From contig NC_042998.1 in NCBI RefSeq assembly GCF_006345805.1, forward strand, positions 197,160,001 to 197,224,000: a stretch of 64,000 bases of DNA, given 5' to 3'. Positions 10,819-24,600 of this stretch are shown here, in pieces. This stretch comes from Octopus sinensis (taxonomy: Eukaryota). Position numbers and translations under genes: made by a program. Positions within the stretch are counted from its first letter, which is position 1. The number at the start of each line of letters is the position of its first letter. The notes beneath the pieces are model-generated. The model ran no database searches, was not told the origin of the DNA, and was given only the letters and a program-made list of their open reading frames with translations.

Positions 10819-10969
10819 TAGACCAAACATTTTGAATCCTTGTGGACTAATAATAGCATTTATAAGGTTAAAGGTTCTTCATGCTCCTCCCTGCCCCAAT
10901 TGATGTAATTACAAACATAGAATCCCTTCATTGTATGAATTTTTCAAATTTTACATGGAATTTCAACAG

Positions 10970-11089
10970 ATGCTTTCAAGAAACCGGATAAATCACATGA
11001 GAAATTCTTTAAGAGGTCTCTCCTGTCGAGCCGCGCTGCACCAACACCTACGCAACGACTTGTTGCTCATTTAGATGAGCCATCGAAAA
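10970..11089 (+). CDS. Coding exon ((D)AFKKPDKSHEKFFKRSLLSSRAAPTPTQRLVAHLDEPSK)
   Basis: Acceptor tttcaacAG ends at 10969 and donor GTAAGT starts at 11090. 120 nt, phase 1-1, no stops, in frame with both neighbours. Confidence 0.8.
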
Positions 11090-11210
11090 GTAAGTAAATG
11101 ACATTCTAAAGGAAAGATGACTGAAGTGTTAATAATTTTTGAATTATCAAAGAATTGTGAGTGGATTTGGTTGGCAGAAACTGATACAAATATGTTATAT
11201 ACATATATAT

Positions 11211-11372
11211 AGGTGCAGGAATGGCTGTGTGGTAAGTAGCTTGCTTACCAGCCACACAGTTCCAGGTTCAGTCCCTCTGCGTAGCACCTTGGGCAAGTGT
11301 CTTCTACTATAGCTTCAGGCTAACCAAAGGCCAGTGGGTGGATTTGGTAGACAGAAACTGAAAGTAGCCTGT

Positions 11373-11414
<42 letters not shown>

Positions 11415-11549
11415 TTAGGTCTAAAACAAACACCAGATTTTTTAGCCCTAAATATACACACGTATTAAAATTTTTTCCGATTTTTTATATGCTAGGCTAC
11501 TGGTTTGAAATCGATATTAATTAAATTAATCTTCAATTTATCTCGCTCA

Positions 11550-11606
<57 letters not shown>

Positions 11607-11962
11607 CAAGATAAGAAAATGGAGAAATACATCTAAATCAATTATCAATTACCGGATAATACTCAATCAAATATTGGATATATGTTATCCCATGGAGGGT
11701 TGCATTTACAACCCTTAACTCAATTTATATATGTATATATATATACATAGTTATATGTTTGTGTGTCTGTGCTTGTCCTCCACCACCATCACTTGACAAC
11801 CGATGTTGGTGTGTTTACGTCTCCGTAACTTAGCGATTCGGCAAAAGAGACCAATAGAATAAGTACTAGGCTAACAAAGACTAAGTCCTGGGGTTGATTT
11901 CTTTGACTAAAAGATGGTGGTCCAGCATGGCTACAGTCAAATGACTGAAACAAATAAAAGAA
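11211..11962 (+). mobile_element. SINE-A split at its internal (TA)n by ~350 bp of other sequence
   Basis: 5' half at 11211-11375 and 3' half at ~11750-11962 match the 3261 copy. Confidence 0.75.
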
Positions 11963-11983
11963 TATATATATATATATATATAT

Positions 11984-12103
11984 AGGTGCAGGAGTGGCTG
12001 TATGGTAAGAAGCTTGCTTCCCAACCACATGGTTTCGGGTTCAGTCCCACTGTGAGGTGGTGCTCCAGCATGGCCACAGTCAAATGACTGAAACAAGTAA
12101 AAG
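11984..12103 (+). mobile_element. SINE-A with a large internal deletion (head joined directly to tail)
   Basis: ...CAGTCCCACTGTG/AGGTGGTGCTCCAGCATGG junction. Confidence 0.8.
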
Positions 12104-12654
12104 GACAAATATATATATGAGTAGGTGTGAAACTAGATAGGTATGGCTGAGTGTGTGTGTTTGTATCACCTGGTCTTGACATTGTGTGATAGGTATAAGC
12201 AAGTATCACCATCATACAGGTGGTGTCTTCCAGTTCCGGTCTAGTGTGAAAATGTCACTGACCAGGGTAAATATAAACTCGCTTGGAAACGTGTGTGAAC
12301 TGGCGACAGGATGGGCATCCAGCTATGGAGAATTTACCTCGACAAATTCTGCCTGATTCCTGCAAGCACGGAAAAGGAGATATGAAAATAACCTCCGGTA
12401 TGACCACTGGCAAACTTTTGTAGATGATTTATTTCCTGTGAACCAGGATGATCAGATAACAATCTAATTTATACAAAGCAGAAATATGAGGCAAATGAAA
12501 TTAACTTTATTGACATTTTCTTCCACAAAATTTCTTATAACACTATTGAAATACCTTTTCCTGGCAAGTTTATGTCAAGTCTTGCTAAATTGACAAGGTG
12601 GATTTGAGACATGGTAGAACTTAATAAATTCTTGCTATATTTAAGTTCACTTAA

Positions 12655-12877
12655 CCCTTTCGTTACTGTATTTATTTTGAGATGCTCTGTGTTTCTTTCA
12701 ATTAATTTAAAATCTAACAAAGAATTTAGTAAAATAACTTAAGTTATCATTAAGCTTGTGTTAGGAACATTAATTGTGACAAAGGTTTGTTGGAAGATTT
12801 TAATTCAAAACTTATGAAAACAAGACATTTGTACTACAGAGCCAGAGGCGGTTTCAGCCAGGTTGGTAACGAAAGGG
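12655..12877. mobile_element. piggyBac-type MITE
   Basis: TTAA TSD at 12651-12654 and 12878-12881. TIR CCCTTTCGTTAC / GTAACGAAAGGG. Confidence 0.88.
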
Positions 12878-13347
12878 TTAAAGGTCTTTCTGGTAATACT
12901 ACTTAACCAGAATTGTCAATAATTTATTCAAATTAACACAAGTACTTAGAGATATTTCACAAATTTTGCAGTCCATTAACGCTCTTACTGCAGAAAACAG
13001 ATATATTTTGCCTTTAATTACAGAAGCAGTTTTACATACTGGTCTATCTTTTGTTGAGGAATGTCATCTTTGAACCGATTTTTTGTTGCAATAAGTCAAG
13101 TTTATTCAGACAATGTGACAATGTGTACCAATTCCATCTTTTAGTAGACATTTAACCTTATTACTTGAATAACCATGAGATTTAATTTTGCAGTGAGAGA
13201 GCTAATAAATTTAGCAATTCTATAAGCTTCAGTTCTGTTTGATTGAAACTGGTTATATTTACTAATGGTAAATTTTACATGTATTTTGTCAAATTTTCAC
13301 TGTTGAGGTCAGTAGGATATTGGTGTGCTAATACTAGCTATTTACCT

Positions 13348-13815
13348 TGGCTTCCGTGCCAGTGGCACATAAAAGGCACCATTCAAGTGTCATCGTTACC
13401 AGCATTACCTTACTGGCACTTGTGCCCATGCTAGTAGGGTGCTAAGAGCACCATCCGAGCGTGATCGTTGCCAGAGCAGCCAACTGGCTTCCATGCTGGT
13501 GGCACGTAAAAGGGCACCATTCGAGTGTGATCGTTACCAACGTCGCCTTACTGGCACCTGTGCCAGTGACCTGTGTAAAAAGATTCGAGCGAGGACATTG
13601 CCAGTACCGCCTGACTGGCCCCTGTGCTGGTGGCATGTAAAAAGCACCCACTACACTCTCGGACTGGTTGGTGTTAGGAAGGGCATCCAGCTGTAGAAAA
13701 TCTGCCAGATCAAGATTGGAGCCTGGTGCAGCCATCTGGTTTGCCAGCCCTCAGGCAAAATCGTCCAACCCATGCTAGCATGGAAAGCGGATGTTAAACG
13801 ATGATGATGATGATG
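13348..13815 (+). mobile_element. Family D copy, ~5 units (two degenerate)
   Basis: Same core units, same 3' end and (GAT)n tail. Confidence 0.8.
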
Positions 13816-14122
13816 GTCACAAAAATATATATTTTCTAATTAGATTTAAGTAAATTTGAAAGTATGGACATTCAGAGACATTTGGCCATCTTCACTATAA
13901 GCTAACATTAATTTTTATTACCCTTCCCCACATAGACATTAACTCAGTTTTGCCATGTCAGTTCTTAGCACTTAATTCGTTTTTTTACACCAGACATAGT
14001 TTTTACTCTCAAGGATCCAATAAGGAAATAATTTTCTGAGGTTTATAATTAAGTTTAATCTTTATTTACCAAATAATATGATGGAATTGATTAGTAAATA
14101 TTAAAATTGTGCCTTTTCACAG

Positions 14123-14253
14123 ATCACAGAAAATGCTTTGAGTTAGAAAGTTCAGATAATTTGCCGACTGTCCTGTCAGCTTATGAAGTCGAAACACCTG
14201 TGGTGGGAGAATCTGCGTTACATACAAGAATGCCACAACTGACAGACCAACCA
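14123..14253 (+). CDS. Coding exon ((N)HRKCFELESSDNLPTVLSAYEVETPVVGESALHTRMPQLTDQP)
   Basis: Acceptor gccttttcacAG ends at 14122 and donor GTAAGT starts at 14254. 131 nt, phase 1 in and phase 0 out, open frame. Confidence 0.8.
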
Positions 14254-14625
14254 GTAAGTACACCTCTGATTAATTCTCTATAATATACTGGCCGTTGTCT
14301 CCTGCTTATTTTATGACTTGGTCAGATAACCCTTCATATGTCCTACCCGAGTCATGGACATGGCACAAATAAATTTTCAAAGGCTACAAAAGCCAAACCA
14401 CACAATTACTGGCAATCTCTGTGGTGATATCACCGCCACAGCATGGCAACATTTTATCCTCCATAGATTAATGTTGCTCTTTTGGACAAGAAAAATCTTC
14501 AGCTCCCAAAACATGCAAACTTTCTACAAAGTTCAAATGAGTGACACCTACAATGAAATTCTACGTGTGCACTTGGAACGATATTGTTGCTGTATATGCA
14601 GACATCCTAGACTGCTTCCTCAAAC

Positions 14626-14843
14626 ATACTCTCTCCCTCTCCCCCTCCCCTCCCTCACCCCTTTTACTCCCATCTCCCACCTCCTCCCCTCTCCCCCACT
14701 CCCTCCCTCCCTCTCTCCTCTCCTCTTCTCTCTTCCTCTTCTCTCCCCTCTCCGCTTCCTCTCCTCTCCTTCATCCCCTCATCTCCCCTTCCTCTCCTCT
14801 CCCCTCCTCTCCCCTCTCCCTCCTCATCTCCTCTTCTCTCCTC
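14626..14843. repeat. Degenerate CT-rich polypyrimidine tract
   Basis: About 220 bp almost entirely C/T on the + strand. Confidence 0.95.
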
Positions 14844-15969
14844 CTTTTGCAAAACAGAGATGCACCATGTGGTAGTATGACTTTGGCTGACAACGCCAGT
14901 CAGCACTCTGATATCTGAGAGTTGCAGCAAGTGTCCATGCTTGCTGTGTCATCCTCCTAATTGACCAGGCATTGCAAAGTCACTTTGCAAGTGATTGCGC
15001 AACCCTAAACATTTAGGCCAAATAAGGCTTTCACAGCACTTCATATAGTCTCCTCACCTTACTGACATGATCTAGAAATAAGGCAGGGTAAGATATCCGG
15101 TGCCAATATGGGTCACAAGTTCAGGAATGTGCGAGTGCTATGATCTCAAGCGCAAGCAAAAGACCCTTAAAATGTTCAATGTTGTTGATATATACACACA
15201 CACACACACATATATATGTATATATATATAGTGTGTGTGTGTGTTACCATCATTATCATTATTTAGCCCAAAGCACTTTGGCACCACCTCTTGGTGGCTA
15301 TATACTACTAATTCTATTCACTACCAAAACTCTTAACCACACCCTGACACCTGGTTCTTTTCATCTCCATCCTCTCTCCCAAAATTCTTGACCTTCTCAA
15401 TTGGATACTCTTCATGAATTATCCTTAGATTTTATATGCAAACAAACTATATTTGGAATACAAGATAATATGACGGATTTTACATATGAATATTATGGAT
15501 TATTGCAGAAGACTAACCAAGGAAATATATATGGATTTTAAGATTCTCATCAAAAGTATTAATGTTAAATTTTTTATTTATATTTCAAACAAACACCATT
15601 TTACAGTTTTACTTCACATTTTAAGAAAAAACTATCATTTGATATGTTATACAATATTCATATTTTATATCTCTGAAGAGCAGAAGCATCGTCCATAAAT
15701 GCTTATCAATATAGGATTTCATTATAGGGACAACTCTTCTGTGAAACAACCATAAGATGCTTTAAATAATTAATTCAAAACTTTTAAACTATTATATATA
15801 TTTATACATTATATTAATGCTTACACATATTTACATATATTTTTTTATATATATTTATTTATTTATATATTTTTAATACAACAACTATTTTCACATGGGT
15901 ATATCTTTCTGAGGAGTTTTAATTTCCTTACATTAACAATAATAATAATAATAATAATATATGTAATAT

Positions 15970-16018
<49 letters not shown>

Positions 16019-16210
16019 TATATATGTATATATATATACGTATATCTATATACATACATACACACACACACACACATATATATATATACATATATATATG
16101 TAATTAATATTAAAATTTAAAAAAAACGAAAAAAGACAAGAAAAAACAACAAGGCAAGGATGTGGTACATGAAAAATATTAGTAAGACGCTCTGGGAAGA
16201 AAAGAAAGGG

Positions 16211-16248
16211 TGTTTTATGTTTCGAGCAAAGCTCTTCTTCAGAAGCAG
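16211..16248 (-). ncRNA. Degenerate minimal type-I hammerhead-like motif, Penelope-associated type (copy 1)
   Basis: Minus strand reads CTGCTT-CTGAAGA-A-GAGC-TTT-GCTC-GAAA-C-ATA-AAACA: CUGANGA core, 4-bp stem II, then GAAA. Stems I and III are imperfect. Confidence 0.5.
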
Positions 16249-16605
16249 GAGACAGAGGAATGTCCAAAAGGAAAGGAAGATGGAGGTAAAAAAATCACCA
16301 ACGATCCACAAGTAGTTATATTTTGGAATACACATACATATATTTATATACATATGTACATATATAGGTGCAGGAGTGGCTGTGTGGTAAGTAGCTTGCT
16401 AACCAACCACATGGTTCCGGGTTCAGTCCTACTGTGTGGCATCTTGGGCAAGTGTCTTCTGCTATAGCCTCGGGCCGACCAAAGCCTTGTGAGTGGATTT
16501 GGTAGACGGAAACTGAAAGAAGCCTGTCGTATATATATATATTATATATATATATATATATATATGTATATGTATATATATATACGTATATCTATATACA
16601 TACAT

Positions 16606-16636
<31 letters not shown>

Positions 16637-16758
16637 CATATATATATGTAATTAATATTAAAATTTAGAAAAAACGAAAAAAGACAAGAAAAAACAACAA
16701 GGCAAGGATGTGGTACATGAAAAATATTAGTAAGACGCTCTGGGAAGAAAAGAAAGGG

Positions 16759-16796
16759 TGTTTTATGTTTCGAGCAAAGCTCTTCTTCAGAAGCAG
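16759..16796 (-). ncRNA. Degenerate minimal type-I hammerhead-like motif (copy 2, identical)
   Basis: Same motif 548 bp downstream, in the second duplication unit. Confidence 0.5.
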
Positions 16797-16913
16797 GAGA
16801 CAGAGGAATGTCCAAAAGGAAAGGAAGATGGAGGTAAAAAAATCACCAACGATCCACAAGTAGTTATATTTTGGAATACACATACATATATTTATATACA
16901 TATGTACATATAT

Positions 16914-17076
16914 AGGTGCAGGAGTGGCTGTGTGGTAAGTAGCTTGCTAACCAACCACATGGTTCCGGGTTCAGTCCTACTGTGTGGCATCTTGGGCAAG
17001 TGTCTTCTGCTATAGCCTCGGGCCGACCAAAGCCTTGTGAGTGGATTTGGTAGACGGAAACTGAAAGAAGCCTGTC

Positions 17077-17120
<44 letters not shown>

Positions 17121-17335
17121 ATGTGTGTGTGTATGTCTCTGTTTGTCCCCCTAGCATTGCTTGACAACCGATGCTGGTGTGTTTACGTCCCCGTCACTTA
17201 GCGGTTCGGCAAAAGAGACCGATAGAATAAGTACTGGGCTTACAAAGAATAAGTCCCGGGGTCGATTTGCTCGACTAGAGGCGGTGCTCCAGCATGGCCG
17301 CAGTCAAATGACTGAAACAAGTAAAAGAAAAAAAG
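16914..17335 (+). mobile_element. SINE-A, full length (its 5' half is duplicated at 16366-16530)
   Basis: Matches the 3261 copy end to end. Confidence 0.9.
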
Positions 17336-17429
17336 AATATAATTACACACACACACACACACACACACATGCACGCTGTGTGCCTAATTGCATGATACTG
17401 TCTTCTCATTTACCTGTCTATCTTTTTAG

Positions 17430-17484
17430 GTCTTGGTTATTATTGAGGATTACCAGGAACCTGTAGTTCCAAGTGAAGCACTGG
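17430..17484 (+). CDS. Coding exon (VLVIIEDYQEPVVPSEAL), last exon before the giant satellite intron
   Basis: Acceptor ctatctttttAG ends at 17429 and donor GTAAAG starts at 17485. 55 nt, phase 0 in and phase 1 out, matching the exons on both sides. Confidence 0.72.
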
Positions 17485-17556
17485 GTAAAGTAATACTCTT
17501 AATTTTCTTAGAACTACAAATAATAGAATGAAACTATTATTACTGTTGGATTTTAG

Positions 17557-17945
17557 TGGAGGCGCAATGGCCCAGTGGTTAGGGCAGTGGACTCGCGGTC
17601 ATAGGATCGTGGTTTCGATTCCCAGACCGGGCGTTGTGAGTGTTTATTGAGCGAAAACACCTAAAAGCTTCACGAGGCTCCGGCAGGGGGATGGTGGTGA
17701 TCCCTGCTGTACTCTTTCACCACAACTTTCTCTCACTCTTACTTCCTGTTTCTGTTGTACCTGTATTTCAAAGGGCCGGCCTTGTCACTCTCTGTGTCAC
17801 GCTGAATATCCCCAAGAACTACGTTAAGGGTGCACGTGCCTGTGGAGTGCTCAGCCACTTACACGTTAATTTCATGAGCAGGCTGTTCCATCGATTCGGA
17901 TCAACCGGAACCCTCATCGTCGTAACCGACAGAGTGCTTCCATCC
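17557..17945 (+). mobile_element. SINE-B
   Basis: Full-length match. 12-bp TSD ACTGTTGGATTT at 17542-17553 and 17946-17957. Confidence 0.92.
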
Positions 17946-20900
17946 ACTGTTGGATTTAAGGACATAGGAACATATATGCATTCCTATATTTTTCTTTCTT
18001 TTTCATATTTTTTTCTCTCTGGTTCTTTTTTTTTATTATTTTTTTTGTCTGCTTTTGTAATGATCCTTATTTATTGTCTTTATAACCAAAAACTGTCAGG
18101 CTTACCTACTGACATCTTGGCAAACATCTGCTGCTTCTAGTATCAATGCAAGAGAATTTCAAGTTCAATTAGATGAGGAATGGTTATGTTGCCAAGAATA
18201 GACATGAACGATGAGATCATTATTAATAATTTCTGGGCTTTATTGTCTGAGTATTTGTACATCTGTGTTGGGTCTCATTCTCTTATCTCAGTTTCTTCAT
18301 CTAACATGATTTTAGGGTTCTTAATTTTTCCTCCTTCTCTTCAGAAGTTTCCTCAGTAAAATCTCATATAGATTTCTCTCATAAATCCATATACTTTCTG
18401 CTGTAGAGTTTTTAGTTTCTTAACATTTGCAGTGTACAAAATGTAGTCGTCTTTATACAAAAGATGGTTGATTCTCTAACCATAATATTGTCTAAATATT
18501 GTGTCAAAAATATTGTCTAAATATTGTCTAAAATATTGTCTAAAATATTGTGTCTAAATATTGTCTAAAATATTGTGTCTAAAATATTGTGTCTAAAATA
18601 TTGTGTCTAAAATATTGTGTCTAAAACATTGTGTCTAAAATATTGTGCCTAATATTGTCTAAAATATTGCGTCTAAAATATTGTATCTAAAATATTGTGT
18701 CTAAATATTGTGCCTAAAATATTGTCTAAAATATTGTCTAAAAATACTGTCTAAAATATTGTCTAAATACTGTGTCTAAATATTGTGTCTAAATATTGTG
18801 TCTAAATATTGTGTCTAAATATTGTGTCTAAAATATTGTCTAAATATTGTGTCTAAATATTGTCTAAATAATGTCTAAATATTGTGTCTAAAATATTGTC
18901 TCTAAAAATATTGTGTCTAAATATTGTCTAAAAATATTGCGTCTAAAAATATTGTTTAAATATTGTCTAAATATTGTCTAAATATTGTCTAAATATTAAG
19001 TCTAAATAATGTCTAAATATTGTCTAAATATTGTGTCTAAAAATATTGTGTCTAAAATATTGTTTAAAAATATTGCGTCTAAAAATATTGTCTAAATATT
19101 GTGTCTAAAATTATGTCTAAATATTGTGTCTAAAAATATTGTCTAAATATTGTGTCTAAAATATTGTCTAAATATTGTTTCTAAAAATATTGTCTAAAAA
19201 TATTGTCTAAATATTGTCTAAAATATTGTGTCTAAAATATTGTCTAAAAATATTATGTCTAAATATTGTGTCTAAATATTGTGTCTAAAATATTGTCTAA
19301 AATATTGTGTCTAAAAATATTGTCTAAATATTGTCTAAATATTGTCTAAAATATTGTGTCTAAATATTGTCTAAATATTGTCTAAAAATATTGTCTAAAT
19401 ATTGTGTCTAAATATTGTCAAAATATATTGTCTAAAAATATTGTCTAAAAACATTGTCTAAATATTGTGTCTAAATATTGTCTAAATATTGTGTCTAAAA
19501 TATTGTCTAAATATTGTCTAAATATTGTGTCTAAAAATATTGTCTAAATATTGTGTCTAAAAATATTGTGTCTATATATTGTGTCTATATATTGTCTAAA
19601 TATTGTGTCTAAAATATTGTCTAAATATTGTGTCTAAAAATATTGTCTAAATATTGTCTAAAAATATTGTCTAAATATTGTCTAAAATATTGTCTAAAAA
19701 TATTGTCTGAATATTGTGTCTAAAAATATTGTCTAAATTATTGTCAAAAAATAGTGTCTAAAAATATTGTCTAAAATATTGTGTCTGAAAATATTGTGTC
19801 TAAATATTGTGTCTAAATATTGTGTCTAAATATTGTGTCTAAATATTGTGTCTAAAATATTGTCTAAAAATTTTGTCTAAATATTGTCTAAATATTGTGT
19901 CTAAATATGTGTCTAAAATATTGTCTAAACTATTGTATCTAAAATATTGTGTCTAAAAATATTGTCTAAATATTGTGTCTAAAAATATTGTCTAAATATT
20001 GTGTCTAAAAATATTGTCTAAATATTGTCTAAAAATATTGTGTCTAAATATTGTCTAAAATATTGTCTAAATATTGTGTCTAAATATTGTGTCTAAATAT
20101 ATTGTTTAAAAATATTGTGTCTAAAATATTGTCTAAATATTGTCTAAAATATTGTCTAAAAATATTGTCTAAAATATTGTGTCTAATATATTGTGTGTAA
20201 AATATTGTCTAATATATTGTGTCTAAATATTGTCTAAAATATTGTGTCTAAATATTGTCTAAATATTGTTTAAATATTGTCTAAAATATTGTCTAAAATA
20301 TTGTGTCTAAAAATATTGTGTCTAAAAATATTGTCTAAATATTGTGTCTAAAAATATTGTCTAAATATTGTGTCTAAATATTGTCTAAATATTGTCTAAA
20401 TTATTGTGTCTAAAAATATTGTGTCTAAAATATTGTCTAAATATTGTGTCTAAATATTGTCTAAAATATTGTCTAAATATTGTCTAAATATTGTGTCTCA
20501 ATATTGTGTCTAAAAATATTGTCTAAATATTGTGTCCAAATATTGTCTAAAATATTGTGTCTAAATATTGTCAAAATATATTGTGTCTAAAAATATTGTC
20601 TAAATATTGTCTAAAATATTGTGTCTAAATATTGTCTAAAATATTGTGTCTAAATATTGTCTAAAAATATTGTCTAAATATTGTGTCTAAAATATTGTCT
20701 AAAATATTGTCTAAATATTGTGTCTAAATATTGTCTAAAATATTGTCTAAATATTGTGTCTAAAAATATTGTGTCTAAATATTGTGTCTAAAATATTGTG
20801 TTTAAAAATATTGTGTCTAAATATTGTGAAAATATATTGTCTAAAAATATTGTCTAAATATTGTCTAAAATATTGTGTCTAAATATTGTCTAAAATATTG

Positions 20901-21428
20901 TCTAAAAATATTGTCTAAATATTGTCTAAAAATATTGTGTCTAATATTTGTGTCTAAAATATTGTCTAAATATTGTCTAAATTGTGTCTAAATATTGTCT
21001 AAATATTGTGTCTAAATATTGTCTAAAATATTGTCTAAATATTGTAAATATTGTCTAAAAATATTGTGTCTAAAAATATTGTCTAAATATTGTGTCTAAA
21101 TATTGTCTAAAATATTATGTCTAAATATTGTCTAAATATTGTCTAAATATTGTCTAAATATTGTCTAAAAATATTGTCTAAATATTGTGTCTAAAAATAT
21201 TGTCTAAATATTGTGTCTAAATATTGTGTCTAAAATATTGTGTTTAAAAATATTGTCTAAAATATTGTCTAAATATTGTGTCTAAATATATTGTGTTTAA
21301 AAATATTGTCTAAAATATTGTGTCTAAATATTTGTCTAAAATATTGTCTAAAAATATTGTCTAAAATATTGTCTAAAATATTGTCTAAAATATTGTCTAA
21401 ATATTGTCTAAATATTGTCTAAAATATT

Positions 21429-21655
21429 ATTATTTTTTTTTTTCTTGTACTTGTTTCAGTCATTTGACTGCGGCCATGCTGGAGCACCGCCTTTAGAGTG
21501 GTGAAAGAGTACAGCAGGGATCACCACCATCCCCTGCCGGAGCCTCGTGGAGCTTTTAGGTGTTTTCGCTCAATAAACACACACAACGCCCGGTCTGGGA
21601 ATCGAAACCGCGATCCTCCGACCGCAAGTCCGCTGCCCTAACCACTGGGCCATTG
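21429..21655 (-). mobile_element. Chimeric SINE (SINE-B head + SINE-A tail + poly-A) inserted in the satellite
   Basis: Minus strand reads CAATGGCCCAGTGG...CTCTTTCACCAC/TCTAAAGGCGGTGCTCC...CAAGTACAAG(A)n. Confidence 0.9.
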
Positions 21656-24600
21656 TCTAAATATTGTCTAAATATTGTCTAAATACTGTCTAAATATTGT
21701 CTAAAAATATTGTCTAAATATTGTGTCTAAAAATATTGTCTAAATATTGTCTAAAATATTGTGTCTAAACTATTGTGTCTAAATATTGTGTCTAAAAATA
21801 TTGTCTAAAATATTGTCTAAATATGTGTGTGTCTAAAATATTGTCTAAATATTGTCTAAAATATTGTCTAAAATATTGTGTCTAAAATATTGTTCTAAAT
21901 ATTGTCTAAATATTGTGTCTAAAAATATTGTCTAAATATTGTCTAAAATATTGTCTAAAAATATTGTCTAAATATTGTCTAAATTTGTGTCTAAATATTG
22001 TGTCTAAATATTGTCTAAATTATTGTGTCTAAAATATTGTGTCTAAAAATATTGTCTAAAATATTGTCTAAAATATTGTCTAAATATTGTCTAAATATTG
22101 TCTAAAATATTGTCTAAATATTGTCTAAATATTGTGTCTAAAAATATTGTCTAAATATTGTGTCCAAATATTGTCTAAAATATTGTGTCTAAATATTGTG
22201 AAAATATATTGTCTAAAAATATTGTCTAAATATTGTGTCTAAATATTGTCTAAAATATTGTCTAAAAATATTGTCTAAATATTGTGTCTAAAATATTGTG
22301 TCTAAAATATTGTCTAAATATTGTCTAAATATTGTGTCTAAATATTGTCTAAAATATTGTGTCTAAATATTGTGTCTAAAATATTGTGTCTAAAATATTG
22401 TCTAAATATTGTGTCTAAATATTGTCTAAAATATTGTGTCTAAATATTGTCTAAATATTGTGTCTAAAAATATTGTCTAAAATTATTGTCTAAATATTGT
22501 CTAAAAATATCGTCTAAATATTGTCTAAATATTGTGTCTAAAAATATTGTGTCTATATATTGTGTCTAAATATTGTGTCTAAATATTGTCTAAAATATTA
22601 TGTCTAAATATTGTCTAAATATTGTCTAAATATTGTCTAAAAATATTGTCTAAATATTGTGTCTAAAAATATTGTCTAAATATTGTGTCCAAATATTGTC
22701 TAAAATATTGTGTCTAAATATTGTGAAATATATTGTGTAAATATTGTCTAAAATATTGTGTCTAATATTGTCTAAAAATATTGTCTAAAAATATTGTCTA
22801 AATATTGTCTAAAATATTGTGTCTAAAATATTGTCTAAATATTTATGTCTAAATATTGTCTAAAAATATTGTCTAAATATTGTCTAAATATTGTGTCTAA
22901 AAATATTGTGTCTAAATATTGTGTCTAAATATTGTGTCTAAATATTGTCTAAAATATTATGTCTAAATATTGTCTAAATATTGTCTAAATATTGTCTAAA
23001 TATTGTCTAAAAATATTGTCTAAATATTGTCTAAAAATATTGTCTAAATATTGTGTCCAAATATTGTCTAAAATATTGTCTAAATATTGTGAAAATATAT
23101 TGTCTAAATATTGTCTAAAATATTGTGTCTAAATATTGTCTAAAATATTGTCTAAAAATATTGTCTAAATATTGTGTCTAAAATATTGTCTAAAATATTG
23201 TCTAAAATATTGTGTCTAAATATTGTCTAAATATTGTCTAAAATATTATGTCTAAATATTGTCTAAATATTCTAAATATTGTCTAAAATATTGTCTAAAT
23301 ATTGTGTCTAAAAATTTGTCTAAATATTGTGTCCAATATTGTCTAAAATATTTGTCTAAATATTGTGAAATATATTGTCTAAATATTGTCTAAAATATTG
23401 TGTCTAAATATTGTGTCTAAAATATTGTGTCTAAAATATTGTCTAAAATATTGTCTAAATATTGTCTAAATATTGTCTAAAAATATTGTCTAAATATTGT
23501 GTCAAAATATTGTCTAAATATTTGTCCAAATATTGTCGAAATATTGTGTCTAAATATTGTCTAAATATTGTCTAAATATTGTGTCTAAATATTGTCTAAA
23601 ATATTGTCTAAATATTGTCTAAATGTGTCTAAAAATATTGTCTAAAATTATTGTCTAAATATTGTCTAAAAATATTGTCTAAATATTGTGTCTAAAAATA
23701 TTGTGTCTAAATATTGTGTCTAAATTGTGTCTAAATATTGTCTAAAATATTATGTCTAAATTGTCTAAATATTGTCTAAATATTGTGTCTAAAATATGTC
23801 TAAATATTGTGTCCAAATATTGTCTAAAATGTGTCTAAATATTGTGAAAATATATTGTGTAAATATTGTCTAAAATATTGTGTCTAAATATTGTCTAAAA
23901 TATTGTCTAAAAATATTGTCTAAATATTGTCTAAAATATTGTGTCTAAAATATTGTCTAAAATATTGTCTAAAATATTGTGTCTAAATATTGTCTAAATA
24001 TTGTCTAAAATATTATGTCTAAATATTGTCTAAAAATATTGTCTAAATATTGTCTAAATATTGTGTCTAAAAATATTGTGTCTAAATATTGTGTCTAAAT
24101 ATTGTCTAAAATATTATGTCTAAATATTGTCTAAATATTGTCTAAATATTGTCTAAAAATATTGTCTAAATATTGTGTCTAAAAATATTGTCTAAATATT
24201 GTGTCCAAATATTGTCTAAAATATTGTCTAAATATTGTGAAAATATATTGTCTAAATATTGTCTAAAATATTGTGTCTAAATATTGTCTAAAATATTGTC
24301 TAAAAATATTGTCTAAATATTGTCTAAAATATTGTGTCTAAAATATTGTCTAAAATATTGTCTAAATATTGTGTCTAAATATTGTCTAAATATTGTCTAA
24401 AATATTATGTCTAAAATATTGTCTAAATATTGTCTAAATATTGTCTAAATATTGTCTAAATATTGTCTAAAAATATTGTCTAAATATTGTGTCTAAAAAT
24501 ATTGTCTAAATATTGTGTCCAAATATTGTCTAAAATATTGTGTCCAAATATTGTCTAAAATATTGTGTCTAAATATTGTGAAAATATATGGTCTAAATAT

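Larger units (their letters stand above)
15985..17080. repeat. 548-bp near-perfect tandem duplication bounded by (TA)n tracts
   Basis: Identical blocks offset by 548 bp (ORFs 16117/16665 and 16210/16758). I saw one substitution (aatttaaaa vs aatttagaa). The unit holds a PLE-like segment and the 5' half of a SINE-A. Confidence 0.95.

Noticed and set aside
14354-14930. 173-aa, 125-aa and 88-aa ORFs, and a possible Tc1/mariner remnant
   Set aside because: The ORFs are extended by the CT tract, and I could not recover convincing transposase motifs.
15670-15710. CTGAAGAG plus AAGCAT/ATGCTT hairpin, a possible second hammerhead
   Set aside because: The GAAA half of the core is missing.
660-17466. 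Recurring ORFs such as MTTDAGVFTS..., MLGGQT..., MFIERKHLK... and MLFTCHRHR...
   Set aside because: They are translations of SINE-A, SINE-B and family D copies, not genes.
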